Assembly (NCBI GenBank): GCA_038245295.1
Contig: JBBRSP010000006.1
Span: 32,001-96,000 of the forward strand
Direction of reading: 5' to 3'
Source: Candidatus Binatia bacterium
GTDB taxonomy: Bacteria; Desulfobacterota; Binatia; HRBIN30
Length of the DNA stretch: 64,000 nucleotides
The stretch's first letter is position 1. Each line of letters begins with the position of its first letter. Below the pieces are notes generated by a model that made no database searches, was not told the origin of the DNA, and was given only the letters and a program-made list of their open reading frames with translations. The position numbers and the translations under genes were made by a program. This document shows, piece after piece, positions 28,871 through 38,500 of this stretch.

Positions 28871-30121
28871 TCACACGCCGCCCCAGGGGCGACGTGCGGC
28901 ATACTCGGCGATTTGCTGACTACTCAGATACTCGAATCGCGTGCTTCCAAGATCACTTACGCACACGAACTTGACCTTCCCATCCTTCGACTTCTTGTCC
29001 CCCGTCAGGGCGCGGATCAGTGCGGGCCCACTTAGATCCTCAGGCATCTCCAAACGCAGACCGAGGCGCTGCAAAAGGCTCATCACCCGGTCTTGAGTTG
29101 TCTCGCTGCAGAACCCGAGACTCGTCGAGAGTGCGGTGGCAAATGCCATGCCGATCGCGACTGCTTCACCGTGGAGGAACAGCCTATAGTCGGTCAGGCT
29201 CTCCAAGGCGTGGGCCAGCGTGTGACCAAAGTTCAAGACGGCCCGTAGGCCTTCCTCACGCTCATCCTTTGCAACGACCTGAGCCTTGAGTTCGCAGCTA
29301 CGTCGCACGACGTATAGGAGCGCGTCATGATCCTGGCTCAAGACGGAATCGAGGTGCGTCTCGATGAACGCGAACAACTCGGGATCCAAGATGATACCGT
29401 ACTTCACCACTTCGGCGAGACCCGCGACAAACTCCCGGCGCGGCAATGTTAGAATGGTCGAGAGATCCGCGACGACCAGTTTCGGCTGATAGAAAGTGCC
29501 GATGAGGTTCTTGCCGGCCGAGTGGTTCACCGCGGTCTTACCGCCGACGCTTGAATCCACTTGCGCCAGAAGTGTGGTCGGGACTTGGACCAATGGAACA
29601 CCACGCAGATAGGTAGCAGCGGCAAAACCGGCAACGTCGCCGACAACTCCGCCCCCGAGGGCAACGATCGCGTGTCCACGTTCGAGTTTTGCATCAATAA
29701 GGCCATCAAAGATGCCCGCCAACGAGGCGAGGCTCTTGAATGCCTCGCCGTCCGCAATCTCGATCACTTCGGGCCGCACACCCGCTTGCCGCAGCGAGGC
29801 GACGACCGGCTCGCGATAGTATCGGGCGACGGTAGGATTCGTGATCAAGGCGCAGCGATCGCCCGCGCACTCACCTTTGATCAAGCTACCGAGGTTCGCC
29901 AGCAACCCACTACCAATATGGATCTTGTAGGATCGCTCCGCGAGAGTGACATCGACGATCGCCGCCTCTGTCGCGGTCGACCGAAGTGTCGATTGACCGG
30001 TCACGGCAGCACCATTTGACGGGCTGCGAGCACCGGCGCCCCTGGAGGCTTCTCCAACGGGAGGCGTATCATGAACCCGTTCGCCGTAGCCGTGATGTTC
30101 GGAAACATGTGCCATACTCAT
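28871..30121 (-). CDS. aroB: 3-dehydroquinate synthase
   Basis: GGGVVGDVAGF, PTTLLAQVDSSVGGKT, KNLIGTFYQP, LNFGHTLAHALE, HGEAVAIG; start uncertain (possible N-terminal extension). Confidence 0.96.
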   Translation of the reverse strand: MSMAHVSEHHGYGERVHDTPPVGEASRGAGARSPSNGAAVTGQSTLRSTATEAAIVDVTLAERSYKIHIGSGLLANLGSLIKGECAGDRCALITNPTVARYYREPVVASLRQAGVRPEVIEIADGEAFKSLASLAGIFDGLIDAKLERGHAIVALGGGVVGDVAGFAAATYLRGVPLVQVPTTLLAQVDSSVGGKTAVNHSAGKNLIGTFYQPKLVVADLSTILTLPRREFVAGLAEVVKYGIILDPELFAFIETHLDSVLSQDHDALLYVVRRSCELKAQVVAKDEREEGLRAVLNFGHTLAHALESLTDYRLFLHGEAVAIGMAFATALSTSLGFCSETTQDRVMSLLQRLGLRLEMPEDLSGPALIRALTGDKKSKDGKVKFVCVSDLGSTRFEYLSSQQIAEYAARRPWGGV

Positions 30122-30136
30122 CAACAATCGCTGGAT

Positions 30137-32242
30137 TCACCGCTCGCTGGTCATCTCGCGATTCCGCCAAAGGTCGGCACCGCTCGGCGCCGCTGCATCT
30201 GGAGCACCCAGGATGCGTGGAGTAAGGAAGACCAGGAGGTCCTCACGGCGGTTGGCTTTGCCGCGTGACCGGAACAACCAACCGATACCCGGAATGTCCA
30301 TGAGGTAGGGAAGACCCGACTCGTTCTCGGAGTAATTGTCACGATAGATCCCGCCCAGAACGACCGTCTGGCCATTCTTGACCAGAATATGCGAGTTCGC
30401 CTCACGACTGATTTCAGTGGGGATCTGATCCACGGTCCTCGAGAAGTCTGCCTGGCTGGATTTGGCCTGCATGTCGAGCATGACGTAACCGTCCGACGAG
30501 ACCTGCGGCACGACTGTCAAGATGATACCGGTTTCGATCTTCTCCGTAGCTGTGGATTGACCACCCGCAGAACCGCCAGCACCCGTGGCGATGACCGTAC
30601 CGGTGCTCGGGAGTTTGACGCGGATGATCGTCAAACTCTTGATCGTTGCCGCGACATTGTTGAGTGTGACCACACGTGGCCGCGACACGACTTTGGCCTT
30701 GCCCGTCTTTTCGAGTGCCGTGATGCGCACATCGAGTGAATTTGACCCATCGATTGAGCCAAGTGCCAGGTTCAGAGCGCTGCCGGCGCCGGCTGCCGCA
30801 TTGGCTGCCGGGAAGTCCGCCAGGAACGGTACGCCGCTGACGCCGGTTCCCAATCCAGATCCGCCAACACCAATCGAACCGGGGAAGTTTGAGCCTGTCG
30901 GGTTACCGGTTTGCGGGCTCTGCAGGTACCGATATCCCCACTGCACACCTAGATCGCGTGCGAAATCAGTTGATGCTTCGACGATGCTCGACTCGATCAG
31001 CACTTGGGCCGTTTGAACGTCGAGTCGGCGAACCACCTCGTGTGCGTTCTCGAGTCCGCGTTGGGTGTCACGAAGGATCAGCGTGTTGGAGTATTCGTCG
31101 ACGAAGACACTACCACGGTTGGTAAGCACGCCTTCTTCAACGCGCTGCCCCGCACCGGTTGGCCCCTTGACGCGCGCAGCACCGCTGATGATCTCAGCCA
31201 GCTTTAGAGCTTTCGCATAGTTGACCCGGATGTACTCGACATGCATCGGCTCGAGAACACGGGCAGCATCCTCGGCGCGTTTGAATTCTTCACGTTCCTC
31301 CCGCAAGCGCTTGATGGTGGAGATGCGAACAACATTGCCGTCTTGCTGCATCTCAAGACTCAGCGTTTGCATGAGAATGTCGAGGGCCTGGTCCCAAGGG
31401 ACATCGAAGAGTCGGATGGTGACCTTGCCTTTGACATCGTCGGTCGCCACCAGGTTGAGCTTGCTCACTTCGGCCAGAAGGCGAAGGACGTTGTGAACAT
31501 CAGCGTCTTTGAAGTCGAGCGATACGTGCTGCCCGACGTACATTTTGCGAGGCACGCCGAGTCGGTCCAGGTTCGATTGTTGGAGGGGCACTTCGGCGCT
31601 ACGCGCCGCGGGCGCGGGTGCGGGTGCCTGCTCGGCGATGGGCTGAATCGCCCCAGCCCGACGGCTGTAAACGATGTTCTCGCGGATCGGGTCAGTCCCG
31701 CCGGTGGGTTCACCGAGGAACGCAACGACGGTGTCGCTTAGATCGCTCACCGTGTAAGGCGGGACGTTGGCACCATTGGTATACACGCTGATGCGAATAC
31801 GGCCGTCCGCCCGCGTCATGCGAACTTCGCTGACGATGGAATTCGGTACTGCAAAACGTTGAGCACTCAACGCTCCGGTGCCGCCCGTGCCGGCAATATC
31901 GATGACCAACCGATTCGGCTGACCAAGCGTCAGATGCGTGACGCTGGCGGGTTTGTCGGTGAGCTTGATGAAGAGACCCTGTTGGCCGTTGTCCTCAACG
32001 ACCTTGATCTCCCGGACCTCAAGTGTCCCCGTTGCCGGGGATGTCGCCGGCGGGACCAGACTGCCACTTGGTGGACTATCCGGCAGAGCAGCTTCTTGGC
32101 CCTCACCCTGTACCGACGATGAGACCGACGAAACTGCCGGGTCCTCAGAAACGGATGGCTTCTTCGCACACCCGCTCACGAGGACCGCACTCGCGACGAT
32201 CAGACCCCATCGAACCGCGGCCGACCCATTCCATCGCATCAT
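30137..32242 (-). CDS. pilQ: Type IV pilus secretin with AMIN domain
   Basis: Lipobox VSGC, AMIN (PNRLVID), SLDFKDAD, DVPWDQALD, QVLIES, GLPYLMDIPGIGWLF, LLVFLTP. Confidence 0.95.
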   Translation of the reverse strand: MMRWNGSAAVRWGLIVASAVLVSGCAKKPSVSEDPAVSSVSSSVQGEGQEAALPDSPPSGSLVPPATSPATGTLEVREIKVVEDNGQQGLFIKLTDKPASVTHLTLGQPNRLVIDIAGTGGTGALSAQRFAVPNSIVSEVRMTRADGRIRISVYTNGANVPPYTVSDLSDTVVAFLGEPTGGTDPIRENIVYSRRAGAIQPIAEQAPAPAPAARSAEVPLQQSNLDRLGVPRKMYVGQHVSLDFKDADVHNVLRLLAEVSKLNLVATDDVKGKVTIRLFDVPWDQALDILMQTLSLEMQQDGNVVRISTIKRLREEREEFKRAEDAARVLEPMHVEYIRVNYAKALKLAEIISGAARVKGPTGAGQRVEEGVLTNRGSVFVDEYSNTLILRDTQRGLENAHEVVRRLDVQTAQVLIESSIVEASTDFARDLGVQWGYRYLQSPQTGNPTGSNFPGSIGVGGSGLGTGVSGVPFLADFPAANAAAGAGSALNLALGSIDGSNSLDVRITALEKTGKAKVVSRPRVVTLNNVAATIKSLTIIRVKLPSTGTVIATGAGGSAGGQSTATEKIETGIILTVVPQVSSDGYVMLDMQAKSSQADFSRTVDQIPTEISREANSHILVKNGQTVVLGGIYRDNYSENESGLPYLMDIPGIGWLFRSRGKANRREDLLVFLTPRILGAPDAAAPSGADLWRNREMTSER

Positions 32243-32733
32243 TTTTGCTCCCGTCCTGGCTGGCTGGTGGCCCCCTCCTCTTTGGGAGTCTCCATGACGA
32301 TTCGGTTCACCTGCTCGTTGCCGTAGAAGTCAACAACCTTCTCCTCGACAATCACCTTCTGGCGTTCGATTGCCGTTACCACGCCACCCGAGGGACCAAT
32401 CGGGGTTCCGATGGAAACGATGTAACCCATTCCAACGCTATCCTCGATCATCGCTCGGGGTGGGTTTATCGACCACATCGTACCGACGACGGTGAGTTGT
32501 CCCAGTTCCAGCTTTTGCAGCGGGCTAAGCTGGTCCGTGGATCGCTCCGGTCGCCGAATATCAACCGTGAAGGGCCGAAACGGATCTCGGCGGCCAACAG
32601 GATTGTACGGCGGTGAATTGTCCGATGAATCGAGCACATCGCGTCCGGATGCTGCGTCGACGGTCGCAAAACTTCGCGAGGCACCTCCGGCGCCAAGCGC
32701 AGTGACTACAAGGAGCCACGCCACTACCTTCAT
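32239..32733 (-). CDS. pilP: Type IV pilus assembly protein PilP
   Basis: YNPVGRRDPF, PLQKLELGQL, AMIED...GYIV.IGTPIG; operon position. Confidence 0.9.
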   Translation of the reverse strand: MKVVAWLLVVTALGAGGASRSFATVDAASGRDVLDSSDNSPPYNPVGRRDPFRPFTVDIRRPERSTDQLSPLQKLELGQLTVVGTMWSINPPRAMIEDSVGMGYIVSIGTPIGPSGGVVTAIERQKVIVEEKVVDFYGNEQVNRIVMETPKEEGATSQPGREQK

Positions 32734-33359
32734 GGCTTGCCCCCCTTCTCTCGTTCCTTTTGCTTCGCGATTCGTTCGCGCTCGGCTTCATCAAGGAACC
32801 GGTACGTAACCGCGGCGCACGAGGTATCCAGGGTAATCTCGCTCGCATCCAGCTTGTTCGGCTGCGTCTTGATGCTGACATCGTTGACGTTCACGATCCG
32901 ATCCATGCGCCGAACTTTGTCGAAGAACGACGCCACCTGATGGAACGAACCGCGCACTAGGATGTCGACCGGTACGATGGCATAGAAATCCTGGAAGACT
33001 TCCGGTCGTTGCTTGAACTGGACGACGTCGAGACCGGATTCAATCCCGAGCGACGAGGTCTTGCTCAGCAAGTCCGGAATCTCCTTGGTGTCTGGCAGTT
33101 GGGCGACCGCTTTACGGAGGTCACCATCGAGTTGCGTGACGTCGCGGCGTGTCTGCTCAATATTCGCCACCAAGGCCAACTTGCGATCACGATCACTCTG
33201 CAGCGACTGGCGCGTGCTCTCCAGACCTTCGATCCGTGCGCTATTGGGCCAGTAGAAGAAATAGGCGTAGAGGAAGAGGATCAGAACGCCGCCTCCAATG
33301 AAGACCAGCATGCGCTGGCGCGGCGGGAGATCCAGGATACGTTCAACCAGTGCGTTCAC
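32730..33359 (-). CDS. pilO: Type IV pilus assembly protein PilO
   Basis: N-terminal TM, QLPDTKEIPDLL, FYAIVPV, GSFHQVASFFD...RIVNV; GTG start after GAGG. Confidence 0.92.
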   Translation of the reverse strand: MNALVERILDLPPRQRMLVFIGGGVLILFLYAYFFYWPNSARIEGLESTRQSLQSDRDRKLALVANIEQTRRDVTQLDGDLRKAVAQLPDTKEIPDLLSKTSSLGIESGLDVVQFKQRPEVFQDFYAIVPVDILVRGSFHQVASFFDKVRRMDRIVNVNDVSIKTQPNKLDASEITLDTSCAAVTYRFLDEAERERIAKQKEREKGGKP

Positions 33360-33366
33360 GATATCC

Positions 33367-33981
33367 TCATTGCTTCGGCTTCGCGCTTGTTGCCGGGGTT
33401 GGTGGCGGAGCCACGGGTTTTCCACCATTTCCGAGATAATCGAGTCGCGCTTTAATGGTGAATTTTTTGAACGGGATTCCACCACTGGCAGCCGCCGTAA
33501 CTTGCGACGTTTCGACCAGATCAACGTCAAAATAGTATTTCGATGTCTGCAGCTGACGCATGAAGATGGCAATCGTCTGATTGTCGAGCGCCATTCCGTT
33601 TATCGTCGCGCTACCACCGACGTCGGTAAAATCCGTCAACCACAGCTTCTCGGGGGCGGCCGTCGATAGATCTTCGAGGATGCGAACTGGCCCGACGCGC
33701 TTCTGCTTCAATTCGTCGATGATTTTGAGCTTGGCCTGCAGATCGGCCTTCTTCTGATCCAGGTCTTTGACTTCTTTCGCCTGCGCCTCGAGTTTTGTGA
33801 TTTCCGTCTGTAAGTTGGCGGCCTCCGCCTCCAGCGCAGCAATCTGACGTTGCTGCAAGTACCAGGGAACCATCAGGACAATAATGGCAAGTAGAACCCC
33901 GAGGACCGCCATCGATATCTGCTGACGTCGACCGACGGCACGCTGCGCTTCCCGCAGAGGGAGTAGGTTAATGCGGATCAT
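33367..33981 (-). CDS. pilN: Type IV pilus assembly protein PilN
   Basis: MIRINLLP signature, TM, coiled coil, PEKLWL. Confidence 0.93.
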   Translation of the reverse strand: MIRINLLPLREAQRAVGRRQQISMAVLGVLLAIIVLMVPWYLQQRQIAALEAEAANLQTEITKLEAQAKEVKDLDQKKADLQAKLKIIDELKQKRVGPVRILEDLSTAAPEKLWLTDFTDVGGSATINGMALDNQTIAIFMRQLQTSKYYFDVDLVETSQVTAAASGGIPFKKFTIKARLDYLGNGGKPVAPPPTPATSAKPKQ

Positions 33982-35087
33982 TTGTCGTCCGGCCTTCGCG
34001 TTGCCAGCCCTAGCGCAACGGCAAATTCTGACGCATGCTCTCGCAGTTCGGGCGTATCGGCGTCGCGGTCCAAGCTTACGTGGGAAAACGGATCCGCAAT
34101 CGTCGCCGGCGCCCCGACGCGTTCACCAAGTTGCTCGGCAAGCCCCGGCATTTTTGCAACACCACCGCTCAAGTAGACGTGGTCGATGGTTTCGTCGGTG
34201 GCCGCCGTCCAGAAGAAGCTCAGCGCATGATGGATCTCGTCGATCAGCGATGCCGCCGCACCTTCGATCACACCGGTAAGCTGATCAGCCGGCACGGTCT
34301 GCGCCGGCCGCCCTGCCTTGATCGCATCTGCTTCTTCCTGGCCGACGCCAAGGTCGCGCATGATGCCTTCCGTGATATCGCGGCCGCCAACCGGAACGTC
34401 GCCGGTGAACGTCGAACGGCCATTCTTCAAAATATTGATCGATGAATAGCGCGCGCCAATGTTGACCAGGGCGATGGCTCGACCCGGTGGGGAATCGTAG
34501 TTCGCTTCGAACATGTTCTCGACCGCGAAGTAGTCGACATCGACAATGACGGGGCTCAGATTTGCGGCGCGCAGGACATCGACATAACTGGCCACAATAT
34601 CCTTCTTGGCCGCTACGAGGATGACCTCCATACGCTTACCGTCGTCAATGTAGTCGGTAACTTGGTAGTCGAGATTCACGTTCTCGAGATCTTCGGGAAT
34701 GAAGTTGCCCGCCTCGAACAGAATCGTATTCTCGAGCTCTTTGGCGTTCTGCGCCGGCAACGTCACCCGCTTGATGATGACAGCAGGACCGGGGACCGCT
34801 GTGACAACCTTACGTGCCGAAATCCCTTTGCTGTCGAGCAGCGCTCGGATGCACTCTGCCACGGCAGCCTGTTCGTAGACGATGTTGTTTTGAATGGCCG
34901 AGGGTGGCGTTGGCAGCGACGCGGCTGCGCTGACACGCATCTGGCTGTCGCGACCGCGAACCTCGACAATCTTGATGCTGCTCGAACCGATGTCGACACT
35001 GACAAACGGCTCGTCGCCACGGAAAGGGTTGAGCTCAGAGAGCGACCCTGACAGCATCTGGCCAATTCTTCCAAAGGTACCGCCCAT
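33978..35087 (-). CDS. pilM: Type IV pilus assembly protein PilM
   Basis: DIGSSSIK, VNLDYQ, VAAKKD, YLSGG, AVALGLATR. Confidence 0.93.
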   Translation of the reverse strand: MGGTFGRIGQMLSGSLSELNPFRGDEPFVSVDIGSSSIKIVEVRGRDSQMRVSAAASLPTPPSAIQNNIVYEQAAVAECIRALLDSKGISARKVVTAVPGPAVIIKRVTLPAQNAKELENTILFEAGNFIPEDLENVNLDYQVTDYIDDGKRMEVILVAAKKDIVASYVDVLRAANLSPVIVDVDYFAVENMFEANYDSPPGRAIALVNIGARYSSINILKNGRSTFTGDVPVGGRDITEGIMRDLGVGQEEADAIKAGRPAQTVPADQLTGVIEGAAASLIDEIHHALSFFWTAATDETIDHVYLSGGVAKMPGLAEQLGERVGAPATIADPFSHVSLDRDADTPELREHASEFAVALGLATRRPDDK

Positions 35088-35510
35088 CAGGACGCTCCCA
35101 CAGTCTGCAACCTATGGTCCCCCCTCGCCTTCATCGTGACTTACTCGTCCCACCCACGGCACGAGCCCGGCGAGTATGGTTCCATGTGATTATCCGTGTC
35201 AACCGTCATCTGCTTTCTCGTTCTCGCTTCGCGTTTTGCCTGTAGAGCCAATATTGGGCCAACCCGAAGGTCGTCGTTTTCTTGCATACTTGCACCACTC
35301 TAGCCAGCTTCCCCAGCGGCAAACTTATGGCCAAGCCACCGATTTGGAACGCTATGCGCCCTGCCAGAAGAGTCGACAGTGAGGCCCGCACGTCCGATGC
35401 ATGTCCCAGACTTCACGCGTCGAGACAACAAACTGCCGTAAAAGTTGCGCGGCCAGGTGACTTAGGACGACGATTGGAGCAGAGCTGAACAACACGCAGG
35501 AGAGAATCTG

Positions 35511-37115
35511 ATGGCGGAAGAATCTGTTGACGTATTGATTGTCGGTGCCGGCGCTTCCGGGGCGGCGTTGGCTTGGAGCCTTGCGGACACGCGGATGAAC
35601 ATCCTTTGCCTTGAGCAGGGCGATTGGATGGATCCGGCCAAATACCCAGGGATGGCACACGATTGGGAATTGCGGCAATTGAGCGACTTCGGCTTCAGCC
35701 CCAATGGGCGCGGACGCCGCGAGGATTATCCGGTTAACGATGGAGACTCGCCGATCTCCGTTTCGATGTTTAATGCCGTCGGCGGCAGCACGATCCTGTA
35801 CGCCGGCCACTTTCCGCGCTTCCACCCATCGGACTTTCGGGTCCGCACCCTCGATGGTGTCGCCGATGATTGGCCGTTGGACTATCACCGACTTGCCCCT
35901 TACTACGCCCAGAACGAACGCATGATGGGTGTATCAGGCCTGGCTGGTGACCCAGCGTACCCGCCGAAGGACGTGCCTCTCCCTCCCCTACCCCTGGGCA
36001 AGCTCGGGGTGACGTTAGCAAATGGCTTCAACAAACTCGGTTGGCACTGGTGGCCCTCGGATAGTGCAATCACGAGTCGCCCCTACGAGGGTCGCGCCGA
36101 ATGCATCAACGCCGGCACCTGCCTACTCGGCTGCGCCCAAGGCGCCAAGGCAAGCACCGACATTACCTATTGGCCGGAAGCCTTGCGACACGGTGTCCAC
36201 ATCAAAACCAAATGTCGCGTTCGCGAAATCACCGTCGGCGAAAACGGCCTGGCTACCGGCGTGATCTATTACGACGCGGATGGTTTAGAACGCCGCCAGA
36301 AGGCTGAAGTAGTCGTGCTCGCGTGCAACGGCATCGGGACGCCGCGGCTCCTGCTCAACTCGCGATCCAAGGAGTTCCCCGACGGCCTGGCAAACCGTAG
36401 CGGCCTCGTCGGCAAGAACCTCATGTTCCACCCCTACGGCATGGTCACCGGCGTCTTCGACGATCCACTCGAAAGTTACAAAGGCGCGACCGGCTGCTGC
36501 ATCATGAGCCACGAGTTCTACGAAACGGATCGCTCGCGCGGATTCGTGCGCGGTTACTCGTTCGAGATCTCACGCGGCTTCGGCCCACTATTCACCGTCC
36601 TCTGGGGAATGATGCAACGCGGCATGCCGTGGGGGGCCGAACACCACCGCGCCTATGGCGAGATCTTCGAGCGAACCGCGGGCCTGCTGGCCATTTGCGA
36701 AGACCTTCCCGACCCCAACAACTGCGTTAGCCTGGACCCCAACCTGACCGATGCGGACGGAATCCCAGCACCGAAGATCAACTATCGCCTCAGCGACAAC
36801 AGCACCAAGATGCTCGCGCACGGGGTTGAGCGCGCCAAAGAAGTACTCGCCGCGGCAGGCGCCAAGGAGGCCCACGTCGAATCGCCGTTGCGTCTCGCCG
36901 GCTGGCACCTGATGGGAACCGCGCGGATGGGTGCCGACCCGAAAACATCCGTCGTGAATGAATGGGGCCGCTGCCACGATGTACGCAACCTGTTCATCAT
37001 AGATGGCAGCATCTTCGTCACCGCCGCGGCCGTGAACCCGACGTCGACGATTCAGGCGCTCACCCTGTATATCGCCGACACGATGAAGAAGAATCTCGCC
37101 AACCTGTTGGACTGA
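35511..37115 (+). CDS. GMC-family FAD oxidoreductase
   Basis: IVGAGASG, AVGGSTI, GTPRLLLNS, HLMGTARMG, NLFIIDGS, NPTSTIQA. Confidence 0.95.
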   Translation: MAEESVDVLIVGAGASGAALAWSLADTRMNILCLEQGDWMDPAKYPGMAHDWELRQLSDFGFSPNGRGRREDYPVNDGDSPISVSMFNAVGGSTILYAGHFPRFHPSDFRVRTLDGVADDWPLDYHRLAPYYAQNERMMGVSGLAGDPAYPPKDVPLPPLPLGKLGVTLANGFNKLGWHWWPSDSAITSRPYEGRAECINAGTCLLGCAQGAKASTDITYWPEALRHGVHIKTKCRVREITVGENGLATGVIYYDADGLERRQKAEVVVLACNGIGTPRLLLNSRSKEFPDGLANRSGLVGKNLMFHPYGMVTGVFDDPLESYKGATGCCIMSHEFYETDRSRGFVRGYSFEISRGFGPLFTVLWGMMQRGMPWGAEHHRAYGEIFERTAGLLAICEDLPDPNNCVSLDPNLTDADGIPAPKINYRLSDNSTKMLAHGVERAKEVLAAAGAKEAHVESPLRLAGWHLMGTARMGADPKTSVVNEWGRCHDVRNLFIIDGSIFVTAAAVNPTSTIQALTLYIADTMKKNLANLLD

Positions 37116-37137
37116 TGCCGACGAAAGGGCAGTACAC

Positions 37138-37617
37138 ATGAGTCAGCAGAACCCATCCTCTGTGTTTTCGGAGCAAGAACAACGCACCCTCGCGGCCGTG
37201 CTCGACGAAATCATCCCACCCAATGCCGACAGGAAAATGCCGGGGGCCGGTGCAATTGGCGTGGCACGCTTCATCGAGGACACCACCCTTCGGCAGTCTC
37301 CCGAAACGTTGCCGATCGTGCAGAAAGGATTGGCGGCAGCCGATGAATTGGCGTTCTCCCGCAAAGCAACGCCATTCGCCGCGCTGTCGCCGAAGGATCG
37401 CCTCGACGTGCTACGCGAGCTCGAATCGACCACACCTTCATTCCTCTCGAGCCTGATTTTCCCGACCTTCCTCGGATACTACCAATCTCCGGCTGTTGGC
37501 ATCGCACTCGGGATTGGTTCCGATCCACCGCATCCCAAAGGATACTCGATGGAACCGTTCGACCTGGCTCTGCTCGACTCGGTGCGACGGCGACCCAAGC
37601 TCTATCGCGGCGGCTGA
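37138..37617 (+). CDS. Gluconate 2-dehydrogenase subunit 3 family protein
   Basis: LDEIIP...MPGA, FAALS...R..VL, GYYQSP; follows the GMC gene. Confidence 0.8.
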   Translation: MSQQNPSSVFSEQEQRTLAAVLDEIIPPNADRKMPGAGAIGVARFIEDTTLRQSPETLPIVQKGLAAADELAFSRKATPFAALSPKDRLDVLRELESTTPSFLSSLIFPTFLGYYQSPAVGIALGIGSDPPHPKGYSMEPFDLALLDSVRRRPKLYRGG

Positions 37618-37779
37618 CGCCGAATGGCGCTGCCGGCCTGTGCCCGGCGAGGTGGATTAACTCCTCGCTCAGCTGCCGGGACACAAAAACCGTCGTCTAC
37701 ATAGGGATCGAATATCGACTCAAACTATTTTCGGGGTCGTGCTACGCAACGGCACCCGGCCACGGAGAGGAGAGCGACG

Positions 37780-38265
37780 ATGCAACACAACCCAGCGAAG
37801 GAAACGGCGACAATAGCTTGGCAGTTCTACTGCCGTCTTCAGCGACAGCGCCGCTTCGTGGTGCTCACCGGAAGCTTGGTGGCGTGGCTTGCCATCGCAT
37901 CCGCACCAACCGCCAGTGCCGCGGGCCCAAGCACGGTCGCCGTTAGTGGAGCGAATCTCTATCGGCGTTATTGCGCCTCGTGTCACGGTAGTGATGGCAA
38001 GGGAAATGGACCGGCCACGCCAGCAATGGTGACACCTCCCACCGACTTAACCATGCTAGCTCGCCACAACGCGGGGAAGTTCGATCTGCGCGGCGTGATC
38101 GCCGTCATCGACGGGCGGCGTAACATCGCTGCCCACGGGTCGCGTGAGATGCCGGTCTGGGGTGCTGTCTTCGATGAGGAGCTCAAGGGGCAACCCTATT
38201 CGGAATACACCACACTCCTACGCGCCAAGACCCTCGCGGAGTACCTCGCCACGATCCAACAATGA
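37780..38265 (+). CDS. Monoheme cytochrome c
   Basis: Signal-like hydrophobic segment, CASCHG, PPTDLT, HGSREMPVWG. Confidence 0.88.
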   Translation: MQHNPAKETATIAWQFYCRLQRQRRFVVLTGSLVAWLAIASAPTASAAGPSTVAVSGANLYRRYCASCHGSDGKGNGPATPAMVTPPTDLTMLARHNAGKFDLRGVIAVIDGRRNIAAHGSREMPVWGAVFDEELKGQPYSEYTTLLRAKTLAEYLATIQQ

Positions 38266-38500
38266 GGAGCGTCAAGGAGTCGGACGGTGCAGCGGCCACC
38301 GAACTCGCCGCTGGTAAGGTTCCTTGGCCCTGCACGTCCGTTGGGCAACGAGACGCCGCATGCCTACTGCGCGGCGACTCGTCGCTGGCCTGGTTGCTCC
38401 GTTGGTGCGGCAGATCCTGGCATCGACGAAGAAGGGTTGACGAGCCGCTCCTCAGCTAATTCTTGATGGCGCCAAGACACCTCGTGCGGTAGACGAACGT

